This document shows positions 46,053 to 54,392 of a stretch of DNA of 63,305 nt, one piece after another. The stretch spans positions 1-63,305 of the forward strand of contig DATMAZ010000092.1 of assembly GCA_035559675.1 (NCBI GenBank), in the 5' to 3' direction. The first letter of the stretch is position 1; each line of letters begins with the position of its first letter. This DNA comes from Candidatus Limnocylindria bacterium (lineage in GTDB: Bacteria; Desulfobacterota; Binatia; DP-6). The notes beneath the pieces are model-generated. The model did no database searches. It was not told the origin of the DNA and saw nothing but the letters and a program-made list of their open reading frames with translations. The position numbers were made by a program, and so were the translations under genes.

Positions 46053-47897
46053 TCAGTCGTGGCCGACGAAGGTGGCAGCGTCGTTGCGCCGCGTTCCGGC
46101 CCCGCCGTAGCGGGCCTCGAAGCAGGCCGCCCCGTCGGCGTGCAGCTGCACGCGCAGCGGGAGTGCCAGCGGCAGCGTCGGCAGCGGGGGCAGCAGGTTG
46201 CCCTTGCCGCGCAGCGTGATCGTCGCCTTGCCCGGCGCCCCCGGCTTGATCAGCAGCTTCGCGATACCGTCCGGCGTGCGCGCGGGGTTGCGGTACCGTA
46301 GCGTTCCGTCCGCGCTGCGCCAGCAGGGGCCTGTGTCGCAGGTGCCGCCGCTCGGCACCTCGGCCCGCGCGACCAGCGACGGCTCCGCGCCGCTCTCGTC
46401 GTAGAGGCAGAGCCGGTAGTCCGTCGTGGTTGCCGGCGTGCCGAGATCCGCGGCGGTGACGGCTGCACCCTTGATCCATTTCCACACCAGGAGATCGCCG
46501 TCGCCGACGGTGTCCCGGAGCTTGAGGAGCGAGCCGCCCGCGACCGCTGGCGAGCGGCAGTCGGGCCGCGGGCCGAGCACGCACCCGGCCGCCGCATCGC
46601 ACGCGCCGCACGGCGCGCACGTGTCGTGCCGCTCCTCGTGCCGGCAACCCGTGGCCGGGATGCAGGTATCGGCCGTGCACGTGATGCCGTCGTCGCACAC
46701 GAGCGTGGCACCGCCCGCGCATCGCCCGCCGGTGCAGTGCTCGCCCACCGTACACGCGTTGCCGTCGTCGCAGGCCGCGCCGTCGTTGGCTGGATCGGCG
46801 CACAGCGACGTGAACGTCGTGGCCGTCACCTGATAGCCGCCGCTCCCCACGTACTGCCGCACGAGCACGTACCACGGCCCCGGCTGGGGGCCGCTCACCT
46901 CGCAGGCGGCGAATTGTCCCGAGCCGTCGGCTGCGCAATCGTACGCCGTGGTGGTGGGTGGGCTACCGGCCCGCACGTAGAGGTCGAAGTCGCTGCCGTC
47001 GTCGTGCGCGTTCATGGTGACGCGCAGGAGGTCGGCGCCGGGGGCGACGGTGAGCGCGTGCGTGGCCTCCGGGGTCTCGGGGTCGAGCAGGCCCGCGAAC
47101 GCGGAGACGGTGGTGTCGGCGCTGCCCACCTCGGGCAGGCTCGAGCACGCGCCGCCGCCGTCGCCGCCGCTGGCCGCGAGAACGAATGACGCGAAGGCCG
47201 ACACTCGAGTGTCGTGGCTCAGGTCCACCGCGAGGCAGGTCGGGCTCGAGCCGCCCGACGTGACGCCCGCCACGCGCGCGGTGCCGTCGCCGTCGAGCAG
47301 CAGCGGGCCGCCCGAGTCGCCGTTGCAGGTGTTCGAGTCCTCGCCGGGCGCGCCGATCGGCGGCGCGAAGACCCAGCAGATCGACGAGGCGTCCGAGAGG
47401 CCGCCGCTGCAGGGCGACAGTGTCACCCGGCCCTGCCGCTTCAACCCGTAGTCCTGGCTCGTCCCGCCCGAGCGTCCGAAGCCGACGATGGTGCCGCCGC
47501 TCCCGGCCGCTTGCCCGCCCACCACGTCGATGGCGGCGGGCGCGATGCCCGTCACCGTCGTCGACAGGGTGAGCACCGCCAGGTCGGCGGTCGGAAATCG
47601 ATAGTCCGGGTGCACCGTGATGGCGCTCACGCCGGCGAAGCCGAAGTGCTGGAAGTACACCACCAGCGACGAGGGGCTCGTGCGCTCCACGCAGTGCGCC
47701 GCCGTGAGCAACGTGCGGCAGCCGATGAGCGTGCCGGAGCAGAGGAGCGAGGCGCGGGCCGCCTCGCCCGGGAAGAGCAGCGCGCCGACCGCGGGATGGT
47801 CGACGGTCGCCACACCGTTGACGATCGGCGCCTGCCGCATGGCGGCGGACGCACTCGTAACCAGCATCGCGGCCACCAGCCCGAGCGGCCAGCGCAT
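46053..47897 (-). CDS. Secreted trypsin-like (S1) serine protease with PPC domain, Cys-rich repeats and an uncharacterised C-terminal beta-domain
   Basis: Signal peptide. IVNG, TAAHC, DLAVLTL, GDSGGP. PPC-like DFDLYVR...WYVLVRQY. CDDGNACTVGEHCTGGRC / CDDGITCTADTC repeats. The C-terminal ~170 aa have no recognised family. Confidence 0.9.
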   Translation of the reverse strand: MRWPLGLVAAMLVTSASAAMRQAPIVNGVATVDHPAVGALLFPGEAARASLLCSGTLIGCRTLLTAAHCVERTSPSSLVVYFQHFGFAGVSAITVHPDYRFPTADLAVLTLSTTVTGIAPAAIDVVGGQAAGSGGTIVGFGRSGGTSQDYGLKRQGRVTLSPCSGGLSDASSICWVFAPPIGAPGEDSNTCNGDSGGPLLLDGDGTARVAGVTSGGSSPTCLAVDLSHDTRVSAFASFVLAASGGDGGGACSSLPEVGSADTTVSAFAGLLDPETPEATHALTVAPGADLLRVTMNAHDDGSDFDLYVRAGSPPTTTAYDCAADGSGQFAACEVSGPQPGPWYVLVRQYVGSGGYQVTATTFTSLCADPANDGAACDDGNACTVGEHCTGGRCAGGATLVCDDGITCTADTCIPATGCRHEERHDTCAPCGACDAAAGCVLGPRPDCRSPAVAGGSLLKLRDTVGDGDLLVWKWIKGAAVTAADLGTPATTTDYRLCLYDESGAEPSLVARAEVPSGGTCDTGPCWRSADGTLRYRNPARTPDGIAKLLIKPGAPGKATITLRGKGNLLPPLPTLPLALPLRVQLHADGAACFEARYGGAGTRRNDAATFVGHD

Positions 47898-47965
47898 GAT
47901 CGACCGCTAGCACGGTCCGCGGCGCATCCACAACGGCTAGAGTGCGCCGCGTGGCGGGTCGAGGA

Positions 47966-48361
47966 TCAGTTGACCGGAATGCGCCGGGCCTTCTGTCGCT
48001 CGCTCTTCGGCAAGTGCACGTGGAGGACGCCGTTTACGAGGCGGGCCGAAATCTTGTCGGCGTCGAACCGCTGGGCGTCGCCGAGCGTGAACCGCCGCAC
48101 CCAGTTGCCGATGTTGTACTCCGTGTAGACCGGGGCCAGCCCTTCGTAGTCGCGCGGCGATACGTCGCCCTCGATCTGCAGGACGTCGCCGTCGAGGTCG
48201 ACCCGCACCGAGTCGTTCGCGACCCCCGGCATGTCGGCGTACAACCAGAGCGCGTCGTCGGTTTCCCGGATGTCCACGTCCGGTACGTAGTACCGCTCGG
48301 CTCGGGTCCGCTCGCCGGGGGCGACGGTCTTCTCCTTCGTGGGGAGCGGTTGCTCGGTCAT
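47966..48361 (-). CDS. Hsp20/alpha-crystallin small heat-shock protein
   Basis: VDIRETDDALWLYADMPGV...RRFTLGD...ARLVNGVLHVHLPK. ATGA overlap with the upstream hsp20. Confidence 0.9.
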   Translation of the reverse strand: MTEQPLPTKEKTVAPGERTRAERYYVPDVDIRETDDALWLYADMPGVANDSVRVDLDGDVLQIEGDVSPRDYEGLAPVYTEYNIGNWVRRFTLGDAQRFDADKISARLVNGVLHVHLPKSERQKARRIPVN

Positions 48362-48774
48362 GATGTCACCTCGATGCGGCGGGGCTTCACCGCTTCGTGC
48401 TGTGGAATGGTGAGCGTCAGCACGCCGTTGCGCAGCGACGCGTTCGTGCGGGCGCTGTCGATGTCCTCGGGCAGCGTCACGGTCCGGGCGAACTTTCCGT
48501 GCGGCCGCTCCCGCCGGTGGTAGCTGCCGTTCAGGTCGGCCGCCTTGCGCTCGCCGGTGATGGTAAGACGCCGTCCCTCGATCGTCACCGTCACGTCATG
48601 GCGCTCCACGCCGGGGATCTCGGCCCGGATGATCAGGCCGCCGTCGGGGGCGCGAAACACGTTCAACGGAGGGAACACGCCGGCCGAGCTCGGCTCGCGA
48701 AAAAAGCTCCCGGGGGCCTGGAGCAATCGCTGCAGCTCGTTCTGCAGACTCAGTAGATCGTTCCACAATGTCAT
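48358..48774 (-). CDS. Hsp20/alpha-crystallin small heat-shock protein
   Basis: PPLNVFRAPDGGLIIRAEIPGV...GKFARTVTLPEDID...ASLRNGVLTLTIP. GAGGAGGAG RBS before ATG 48774. Confidence 0.9.
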   Translation of the reverse strand: MTLWNDLLSLQNELQRLLQAPGSFFREPSSAGVFPPLNVFRAPDGGLIIRAEIPGVERHDVTVTIEGRRLTITGERKAADLNGSYHRRERPHGKFARTVTLPEDIDSARTNASLRNGVLTLTIPQHEAVKPRRIEVTS

Positions 48775-48794
48775 GGCTCGCTCCTCCTCTCGCC

Positions 48795-48846
48795 AGGTAA
48801 GGCCACTCGGACGCCTGTCAAGAAGCGCCCCGCCGGGGTTTGACAG
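48795..48846 (-). promoter_or_regulatory. Promoter-like element and inverted repeat upstream of the hsp20 operon
   Basis: Minus strand reads CTGTCAA-N18-TTGACAG (7-bp IR). The downstream arm (T)CTTGACA is followed 13 nt later by CCTTACCT, a weak match to the sigma-32 CTTGAAA-N13-15-CCCCATNT pattern, about 20 nt before the ATG. Confidence 0.3.
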
Positions 48847-48858
48847 CCCGGATGGTCT

Positions 48859-49299
48859 GTGCGAACCAACCGCCCGATGCGTACCCTCGCTCAATGGACC
48901 GGCTTGGCGGTGCTCGCAGCGCTCGTGGGATGTGGTGGCGGCGAGGAGGCGACGCAGGCCCCCGCACCGGCGCCGACTCCGAGCACTGCGCCGGCCCCCG
49001 CGACGCCCACCACCCCGCCATCCACGGCGAAGCCGGGCGTCGAGCCGCTGGCGATCTTCCTCGATGCCAACACGATCGAGGGACCCGCGCCGCTCACCGT
49101 CAACTTCGACCTGGACCTCGACGGCGGCACGCCGCCCTACAAGTGGAAGTGGGACTTCGGTGATGGCCAGAAGTCCGAAGAGGCCAATCCGAAGCTCTCG
49201 CACACCTACGAAAAGCCCGGGACCTACATGGTCGAGGTGACGATCGATGACGCGGCGGGCGACTCCGACTTCGACATTCTCGAGATCGAAGTGAAGTGA
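48859..49299 (+). CDS. PKD-domain lipoprotein
   Basis: Lipobox LAALVGC, a Pro/Thr/Ala linker, and a PKD core PLTVNFDL...WDFGDG...H.Y..PG.Y.V.V...D. Confidence 0.85.
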   Translation: MRTNRPMRTLAQWTGLAVLAALVGCGGGEEATQAPAPAPTPSTAPAPATPTTPPSTAKPGVEPLAIFLDANTIEGPAPLTVNFDLDLDGGTPPYKWKWDFGDGQKSEEANPKLSHTYEKPGTYMVEVTIDDAAGDSDFDILEIEVK

Positions 49300-49315
49300 C
49301 GGCCGCGCCGTCCGG

Positions 49316-49723
49316 CTAGGGGCCGCAGCGCTCGAGACAGGCCTCGAGCGTGCGGGTGCAGTCCGCGTCTTCCGCCGGCTTGGCGCACGGCGACGCGGCG
49401 AGCCTCGCGCGGCAGGCCTCGCAGTCCTGGACGCAGTAGACCACCTGCGGACCGTACATCCGCTTGCACATCCCGCAGCGGGAGTTGCACGCGGCCTGCT
49501 GCCGCGCGCAGTCGTCGGCGCGGGTCTTGGCGGCCGCGGTGCAGGACTCGTGCTCCGCTTCGCACTTGGTGATACAGGCGCTCGCCGCCTGGTCGCCGGC
49601 GGCTTCGGTGTCGGTCGTGTCGGCCGCGGGGTCCTCAGCGGCGTCGTCGGCCGCGCGCATGGTCGCCGGCGCCCCCAGCAGCACAACGAGCGCGATCGCT
49701 CCGAGCCGCGCGTGCCACCGCAC
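49316..49723 (-). CDS. Small secreted cysteine-rich protein (14 Cys in ~85 aa), no recognised family
   Basis: GTG 49723 lies 2 nt after the amidohydrolase stop. Signal peptide RLGAIALVVLLGAPATMRA, an acidic linker, then C-x3-C-x6-C-x10-C-x6-C-x3-C-x2-C-x10-C-x3-C-x2-C-x7-C-x7-C-x6-C-x3-C. Confidence 0.65.
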   Translation of the reverse strand: MRWHARLGAIALVVLLGAPATMRAADDAAEDPAADTTDTEAAGDQAASACITKCEAEHESCTAAAKTRADDCARQQAACNSRCGMCKRMYGPQVVYCVQDCEACRARLAASPCAKPAEDADCTRTLEACLERCGP

Positions 49724-49725
49724 GG

Positions 49726-50838
49726 TCAGACGAGCCCCCAGAAGCGCGCCGCGTTCTCGCACACGATCTTGTAGCGCTCGTCTGCGGGGACGTCCGCGAA
49801 CAGCGAGTCGATGGTGCGCCGGGAGTACGGCCAGTCGTTGCCGTGGTGCGGGAAGTCGGTGGACCACGCCATGTTCTCGACGCCCACTTGATGGCGCACG
49901 CTCACGCCGTTGCGATCGACGATGAAGGTCGCCAGCCAGTGGTCGCGGAAGTACTGGCTCGGAACCTTCTTGAGCTTGGTTTCCGCCCAGAAGCGATTGC
50001 GCCAGTAGCGGTCGTCGGTCATCTCGAGGAAGTGCGGGATCCAGCCGACGCCGGTCTCGACGGCGGCCATGCGCAGCTTCGGAAAGCGGTCGAACACGCC
50101 CTGGAAGATCATCTCGGTGATGAGCGGCATGGTGAGCGAGAAGGCGGTGGCACCGATGGCCACGGCGGCCTCCTTCGAGGCTACCGTCTTGGTCTGCTGC
50201 GCGGCCAGCAGGAGGTGGATCGAAACCGGCATGTCGCAATCGGCGGCCGCGGCCCAGAAGGGATCGTCGTCGCGCGAGAGATTCTCGCCGCCCGACGGCC
50301 AAGCCGAGATCGCCACGCCCTTGTAACCTTCCTTCTTGGCACGCTGCAGCTCGCTCACCGCCATGTCGATGCCGACGTTCGGGATCTGGAAGTTGCCGAT
50401 GAGCCGCGTCGGATCGGCGGCGCAGAAGCCGTCTTTGAGCCAGCGGTTGTAGGCGCGAATCCCGGCGAGGTGCGCGTCGACGTTCTTGTTCTTCATGAAC
50501 GTGAGCATCGCGCGTTGCGGCGGGTAGAGCACCTCGGCGTCGACGCCGTCCATGTCCATCGCCTCGAGCCGCGCCGGCCCCTCGTAGCAGGCCGGGTCGA
50601 TGTTCACGCCGTACTTCTTGCCCGTCCACTTGAGCTCCTCGGGGTGCGTGCCGACGCACGTGACGAGTCCCAGCGGCTCGGGCTTGGTGGAGCCCATGTA
50701 GAGCCAGGCGTCCCCGCCGTCGCCGTCGTCGACGAGCTTGGGCGCGCTGTCGAGGTACTTCCGTTCCAGCCATTTCTCCCAGAGGTCCGGCGGCTCGACG
50801 GTGTGCGCGTCGGCCGAGATGATGCGGTATTCCCTCAT
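49726..50838 (-). CDS. Amidohydrolase-2 (ACMSD/metal-dependent hydrolase-decarboxylase) family protein
   Basis: GAGGAG RBS. IISADAHTVEP (metal His pair), VSIHL, and a STDFPHHG C-terminal metal motif. Confidence 0.85.
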   Translation of the reverse strand: MREYRIISADAHTVEPPDLWEKWLERKYLDSAPKLVDDGDGGDAWLYMGSTKPEPLGLVTCVGTHPEELKWTGKKYGVNIDPACYEGPARLEAMDMDGVDAEVLYPPQRAMLTFMKNKNVDAHLAGIRAYNRWLKDGFCAADPTRLIGNFQIPNVGIDMAVSELQRAKKEGYKGVAISAWPSGGENLSRDDDPFWAAAADCDMPVSIHLLLAAQQTKTVASKEAAVAIGATAFSLTMPLITEMIFQGVFDRFPKLRMAAVETGVGWIPHFLEMTDDRYWRNRFWAETKLKKVPSQYFRDHWLATFIVDRNGVSVRHQVGVENMAWSTDFPHHGNDWPYSRRTIDSLFADVPADERYKIVCENAARFWGLV

Positions 50839-50848
50839 GCGCGTCTCC

Positions 50849-51991
50849 TCACTGCGGATCGAAGCGGACGGGCAGGCGGTCGGGGGAGCGGAAGGCCAGG
50901 CCCACGATGGCGGGCGTCTCGCCGGCCGCGAGCCGGAGGTTCGGGAGCCGCTCGAGCAACGCCTGCACCGCCACGCGCGCTTCGAGCCGCCCGAGAAACG
51001 ACCCCGCGCAGTAGTGCTCGCCGAAGCCGAACGCCAGATGGTCGCCCAGGTTCGGCCGATCGAGGATGAACTCGTCCGGACGGTCCCAGTGCCGCTCGTC
51101 GCGATTGGCCGATCCGATCGCAAACATGATCAGTCCCCCCTCCGGGACTTCGCAGCCGTCGAATTCGACCTGCACGGTGGCCTCACGCGACGTGTACTGC
51201 ACCGGCGACTCCCAGCGCAACGTCTCCTCGATCACCGCGTCGATCCGGCTCGGATTCGCCACGACTTCCTCGCGCACGTGCGGATGGGTGAGGAGCGCGA
51301 ACAGCGTGCTGCCGCTCAAGCGGTAGGTCGTCTCGGCGCCTGCCGGCAAGAGGAGCCGGAGAAAGCTCAGGATCTCCTCGTCGCTCAGCCGTTCGCCGTC
51401 GACCTCGGCATGCGTGAGCGCCGAGAGGAGGTCGTTGCGCGGCTCGCGACGCCGCACCTCCATGATGGGCTTCAGGTACTCGACGATCAGGGCAGCCGCG
51501 TCGAAGCCGCGCTTGGGATCGTCCGAGATCGACAGCAGGTCGAGCGCCCAGCGATGGAACTGATCGAAGTCCTGGATCGGAATGCCGATGATGTGGGCCA
51601 TCACGCGCAGCGGGAAGGTGAACGTGAACTGCCGCACCAGGTCGGCCTGCCCGTCGCGCGCGAACTCGTCGATGAGGCCGTGCACCTTCTCGACCACCAC
51701 CGCCTCCACGCTTTCGCGGAGCGCGCGCGGCGAGAAGAACGGGGTCACGATCTTGCGGTGTCGGACGTGCTCGGGGCCCTCCATCTCGAGAATGGTGCGC
51801 CCCATTACCAGGCCGATGCCGCGTGCGTTGCCGCGGGAGGAGAACGTCTTGCCGTCCTTCAGCCCCGCGAGCACGTGGTCGTAGCGGGTGACGAGGTGGG
51901 TGGGCCCGAGAATGCCCTTCAAGCAGACGGCCGGTCGTTCGGTGCGTAGCCTCCGGTAGACCGGGTAGGGGTTGAGAACCGGGGCCATCAT
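50849..51991 (-). CDS. Cytochrome P450
   Basis: I-helix LLLPAGAETT, ExxR ETLRWE, heme loop FGFGEHYCAG. ATG 51991 is preceded by GGGGGA; the ORF track start at 52048 lacks an RBS. Confidence 0.9.
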   Translation of the reverse strand: MMAPVLNPYPVYRRLRTERPAVCLKGILGPTHLVTRYDHVLAGLKDGKTFSSRGNARGIGLVMGRTILEMEGPEHVRHRKIVTPFFSPRALRESVEAVVVEKVHGLIDEFARDGQADLVRQFTFTFPLRVMAHIIGIPIQDFDQFHRWALDLLSISDDPKRGFDAAALIVEYLKPIMEVRRREPRNDLLSALTHAEVDGERLSDEEILSFLRLLLPAGAETTYRLSGSTLFALLTHPHVREEVVANPSRIDAVIEETLRWESPVQYTSREATVQVEFDGCEVPEGGLIMFAIGSANRDERHWDRPDEFILDRPNLGDHLAFGFGEHYCAGSFLGRLEARVAVQALLERLPNLRLAAGETPAIVGLAFRSPDRLPVRFDPQ

Positions 51992-52109
51992 GGTTCCCCC
52001 GAACAGGGTGACTACGCTATCCGTCTGCTCGACCGCCTGCGCTTCCATACGACTCTACTAATCGAACGATTGACCGACAGGCAAGCCGAATTTGCCGGAG
52101 CGTGACCCC

Positions 52110-53099
52110 ATGATGCCCAATGCCCCGCGCTACCGCCCCGGCACGACCGCCGGGCACTACGAGAGCTGGTTTCTCCGGGCCAACCATCCCGAGCGGCCGC
52201 TCGCATTCTGGATTCGTTACACGGTTTTCAGCCCGCGCGGCCGCGCGGGTGGGGCGTGCGGCGAGCTGTGGGCGATCGTGTTCGACGGCGAGTCGGAACG
52301 CTCTGTCGCGGTAAAGCAGGACGTGCCGATCGACGACTGCCGGTTCGCCGGCGACACCTGGCCGGATGTGCGCATCGGTGCCGCGACGCTCGAGAGCGGG
52401 CGGGCGCACGGCGAGGCCGCAAGCACCGGTCACACGATCAGCTGGACGCTCGCCATGCGCGGCGAGCCGCGTCCGCTGCTGCTGCTTCCTCGCTCCATGT
52501 ACGACGCGCGGCTGCCGCGCGCGAAGAGCCTCGTGCCGGTGCCGCTGGCGGTCTTCGACGGGCCGCTGGTCGTCGACGGGCAACGGCTCGACGTCGCCGG
52601 CTGGGTCGGCAGCCAGAACCACAACTGGGGCTCACGGCACACGGATCACTACGCCTGGGGTCAGGTCGCCGGCTTCGACGGCCACCCCGAGAGCTTCCTC
52701 GAGGTGGCCACGGCCCGGCTGCGCTTCGGGCCGTTCTGGACGCCGCCCATGACCCCGCTGGTGCTGCGGCACGCCGGCCGCGAGCACCGGCTGAACGCGA
52801 CGCGCCGCACGCTTCGCGCCCGCTCACAGCTCGCCTACTTCACCTGGTCCTTCGCGGTCGCGAACGACGACGTGGCGATCGAAGGAACCATCGACGCGCC
52901 TCGCTGGGCCGTGGTCGGGCTCACCTATCGGAACCCGCCCGGCGGCGAGAAGCACTGCCTCAACACCAAGATCGCGCACTGCCGGCTGGTCGTGCGGGAT
53001 CGCCGCACGGGCGCCACCGAGATCCTCGAGAGCGCGCACCGCGCCGCGTTCGAGATCCTGACCGACGACCGAGCGCACGGCGTGCCGCTGTCGGTGTGA
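52110..53099 (+). CDS. Hypothetical beta-rich protein (tentatively AttH/CrtC/tocopherol-cyclase-like)
   Basis: 329-aa non-repetitive ORF divergent from the P450. N-terminal GHYESWFLRANHPERPLAFWIRYTVF resembles the E-W-W/Y-F block of lipocalin-like hydratases/cyclases. Weak by-eye call. Confidence 0.6.
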   Translation: MMPNAPRYRPGTTAGHYESWFLRANHPERPLAFWIRYTVFSPRGRAGGACGELWAIVFDGESERSVAVKQDVPIDDCRFAGDTWPDVRIGAATLESGRAHGEAASTGHTISWTLAMRGEPRPLLLLPRSMYDARLPRAKSLVPVPLAVFDGPLVVDGQRLDVAGWVGSQNHNWGSRHTDHYAWGQVAGFDGHPESFLEVATARLRFGPFWTPPMTPLVLRHAGREHRLNATRRTLRARSQLAYFTWSFAVANDDVAIEGTIDAPRWAVVGLTYRNPPGGEKHCLNTKIAHCRLVVRDRRTGATEILESAHRAAFEILTDDRAHGVPLSV

Positions 53100-53111
53100 C
53101 GCCGCGCCTCG

Positions 53112-54383
53112 CTAGTCGAGGAGGACGACGAGCGCGACCCCGGCGGCGGTGGCGGCGCCCAGCACGGCCAGGTACGCTGCCGCGGTGCCTCGGAAGCCGT
53201 GCTTTCCGACCGCCACCACGATGCCGAGCTTCAGCACGGTGTTGGCGAGCGCGCCGAACGCCACGGCCTGCGCCGCCGTCGCCGGCTCGATGCCTGTGGC
53301 CACGCCGTTCGCCATCGCCACCACGAGCGCGTCGACGTCCGTGAAGCCGAGCACGGCGCCGGAGAAGAGCACTCCCGGGCGACCGATCCAGGTGCGCAGC
53401 GCCTCGACGACGAAGAGCACGAGCTGGAAGAGCAGCGCCATCTGCAAGGCGGCGCCGAGCGCCAGCGGATGGCGCGGGCCGGCCGGCGCGTCGCCGCGCG
53501 GCCGCGTCTGCCGCCGCGCGAGCGCCAGCAGCCCGGCTCCCGTCACCGCGGGCACGACCAGGGCGGGCCAGGCGGCTGTGAACAGCGGCGGCGCCAGCAG
53601 CAACGTCGTGCCCAGCATGCGCCCGTACATCGTGGTGCAGGCGGCCAGCGCGCCCGTGGCGAGCGCGGCGTCGGCGCCATGCCGCTCGCGGCTCTCGCGC
53701 GCGAAGGTGAGCGTGGCGCTGGTCGACGACACGAGCCCGCCCAGGAGACCCGCCACGGTGTAGCCGCGATGCGCGCCGACGGCGCGCCGCGCCACGTAGG
53801 CGAGGAAGCTCAAGCCTGCGAACAGCAGCACGAGCCCCCAGAGCGCGCGCGGCCGCACCCCGCCCCAGGGGCCGTACGGGCCGGCCGGCAGCAGCGGCAG
53901 GACGACCACGGCCATCACCGCGAAGCGCGCGCCGGCGCGGATCGACACGTCGTCGATGCGCGCCACGAGCCCGTGCAGCCGCGACTTCTCGACCAGCAGC
54001 AGACAGGTGACGGCGATGATGCCGCTGGCGAGCGCCAGCTCGCCGCGCCCCGCCATGACGCCGGCCGCCAGCACGACGAAGGCGGCGACCTCGGTGGTGG
54101 CGTCGATCTCGCGGCGACTGGTGGCGCGGTACGACACGACCACCAAGGCCGCCATCGCCGCGAGCAGCACCAGCGCTAGGCTCTGGAGCCCGCTCACCGA
54201 CAGCCAGCCCGCGGCGCCCGCGAAGGCGCCGAGCAGCGCGAACGTGCGGATGCCGCCGAGGTGCGCGCGCGGGCCGGTGGCGTGGCCGGACCACTGGCGC
54301 TCGATGCCGACGGCGAGCCCACCCAACGCCGCCGTCAGGATGGCGACGGCGCCCCGGGCCTCCGCGGGCACGTGCTCCAGCAT
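53112..54383 (-). CDS. MgtC/SapB family membrane protein with DUF4010 extension
   Basis: LGGLAVGIERQW MgtC start block and about 10 TM helices. Lies 10 nt downstream of the DASS gene. Confidence 0.75.
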   Translation of the reverse strand: MLEHVPAEARGAVAILTAALGGLAVGIERQWSGHATGPRAHLGGIRTFALLGAFAGAAGWLSVSGLQSLALVLLAAMAALVVVSYRATSRREIDATTEVAAFVVLAAGVMAGRGELALASGIIAVTCLLLVEKSRLHGLVARIDDVSIRAGARFAVMAVVVLPLLPAGPYGPWGGVRPRALWGLVLLFAGLSFLAYVARRAVGAHRGYTVAGLLGGLVSSTSATLTFARESRERHGADAALATGALAACTTMYGRMLGTTLLLAPPLFTAAWPALVVPAVTGAGLLALARRQTRPRGDAPAGPRHPLALGAALQMALLFQLVLFVVEALRTWIGRPGVLFSGAVLGFTDVDALVVAMANGVATGIEPATAAQAVAFGALANTVLKLGIVVAVGKHGFRGTAAAYLAVLGAATAAGVALVVLLD

Positions 54384-54392
54384 GCCGCGCGG

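Noticed and set aside
49316-51991. P450 plus the small Cys-rich ORF as a P450-modified RiPP cluster.
   Set aside because: The small protein has a Sec signal peptide, is 135 aa long, and is poor in the aromatic residues that such P450s crosslink. The P450 is cytoplasmic. A precursor-peptide role is unlikely.
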